64,000 nt of DNA from Gnetum montanum. Its lineage: Eukaryota > Plantae > Gnetophyta. The first letter of the stretch is position 1; every line of letters begins with the position of its first letter. The position numbers and the translations under genes were made by a program. This document shows, piece after piece, positions 62,420 through 64,000 of this stretch. The stretch lies in contig MNCI01001408.1 in the NCBI GenBank assembly GCA_015680685.1, positions 1 through 64,000 on the forward strand. The letters are read 5' to 3'. The notes beneath the pieces are model-generated. The model was not told where the DNA came from. It made no database searches and worked only from the letters and a program-made list of their open reading frames with translations.

Positions 62420-64000
62420 AGCTTTAGTAACCTCCCCTCATTCAGGGTTAACCTTAACTTCATCCTCATGAAATACTAGGGATGTTGAACCTGATTCCTA
62501 TGGTGTAGGGGGCAACATCATAGCACAAATGGATGTCTCATCTATAGGGATGTCCTCTATAACTGGAATGGAGGCCAACATTTAGGCCAAATCTTGGTGA
62601 TGAGTAGATGAGGTCATGACTAGGTCATACAAGCTCAATGTTGTGTTCTTTTGCTTAAGAGTTTATTTCACCTGGGCTAGTGCTACTATGAAGTCCTTAT
62701 CATTAGTTATTATGTTGACCTTAAGTTCCTCCATGTGGCTTGAGAGATGGATCTCTCATGAAGTGGAGTTGGGCTTGGGTTGCTTGGCCTGGTTAGGGGT
62801 AAGGATCCTAGTGTTCGATTGTTTCTTGCTAGTTATGGCCTTTTCTTCGTCCATGGGGGTTGCAAGATTCTCATTCACCCTCTTGCATTGCCATTTGGTA
62901 GGCCTACCTAGGTTGCTAGTGGGGTCAGCCCTTGGAGGAGGAGAGACCGAGATGTTGCCTAATGTTGGGCTTTAGGTAGGTAAGGGGCCATCACGTTGTG
63001 GCACGCTTATGATGAAAGGTTGCTTCATGATTATTGTTGCTGCACCATGCCAGTTTAACATCTTAGCAGATGGTTGTTGTTGCCTAAATGGCACTTTGAT
63101 AACAAAGGGAGGACTCTTGCTTGTGGAGGCCAAGGGAATCCTTACCTTGTTAGGAGGCATGAGGATCACAAAAGGGTGTTGCACAAGTTTAAACTTGCCA
63201 CCTATGCTGATGGAGTTTTTGACGTAGGGGGTGTTCTCTGCATTGGATTGACTTACTGCATCAAGAACTAGTTGGCCTTATTCTATCATTCTTTGCAGGT
63301 CATCCTGTAAAGCATCATAGTTGTCTATATTGTGACTAGACATCTGGTGGTAATGGTAGTATTGGTCCAGTTGGAAATGTTGTGGGACTAGGGACTTGTT
63401 TGGTACTGCTAAGGTAGGGTTCCTTAGTAGTTCGCAGTACCTATCATGCTTTTGGTAGAAAATCTCTAATATGTGTTTGTGTTGGATTTTCTCGACTTTC
63501 AAGAGTTTCTCCAATAGTTTATAGGGTTCCATTAGTATTAGTGTATACTTTGAGTGATCCTTGCACTTAAATTTGTGCCTTGGGATGGTCCCTACCAATG
63601 TAGGCAAGTTGGTGCCAAAGGTGGTGGCTTTGTGAGCTAGGGCCTTAGGCTGCTTAGTCCTCAGGATTTAGTTGGTTGGTTTTGTGCTTGCGGCCACTAT
63701 TATCACTATTACGTTTTGCTTGTGCACATGCTAGTTTCTATAGGCCATGTAGGTCAGGTCATTACTAGCTTGTACTGCCTCCTCTATGCCCTTCATTTGG
63801 GCAAAGGCTTGGCTGAGAGACTTCGGGGCCAAGCAATATAGTTTGGACTTGATGAAGTCATTCACTACACCCTTGAAGATGGTCAGTAGGTGCATCTCTA
63901 CTAGGGGTTTACACATTTCGCTTAATGTGGCATTCTAGCGTTAGAGGAATTTTGGCATAGGCTCTAGGGGTCCTTGGTTGACTTGCATGAGCTCATCAAG
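62420..64000 (-). pseudogene. gag C-terminal half and spacer (copy 4), runs off the window
   Basis: HLLTIFKGVVNDFIKSKLY and QYYHYHQMSSHNIDNYDALQDDLQRMIE are homologous to copies 1 and 2. Confidence 0.8.

Overview
AT-rich, CpG-depleted land-plant nuclear DNA. It is almost entirely nested, decayed LTR retrotransposons, with no intact host gene, RNA gene or CRISPR array. (1) Athila-type Ty3/gypsy elements on the minus strand, with tRNA-Asp-type PBS: a 5' LTR at 116-1090, an old pol remnant at about 1200-3100, a pol-less element at 17545-25939 (gag plus a long Transposase_32-like/coiled-coil ORF2), and a full gag-pol element at 30124-41059 with GTATG target-site duplication. (2) Four copies of an Ogre/Tat-like family that encodes only gag and protease, with no RT, RNase H or integrase visible. 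Two copies carry the same 8-exon ANTISENSE gene (9124-14396 and 50462-55661), and a third keeps its last exon. Splice positions and protein motifs are conserved between the diverged copies. The reconstructed product is a catalytically degenerate FCP1/NIF-like (HAD) phosphatase domain, a Transposase_32/PMD-like domain and coiled coils. This retrotransposon-borne spliced pseudophosphatase gene is the most novel-looking system here. Also present: a possible MULE/SWIM remnant, subfamily-specific palindromic repeat arrays, and assembly artefacts (N at 18090, 34316 and 34477; gap 57966-58060). All domain calls are by eye from manual translation; no database search was run.
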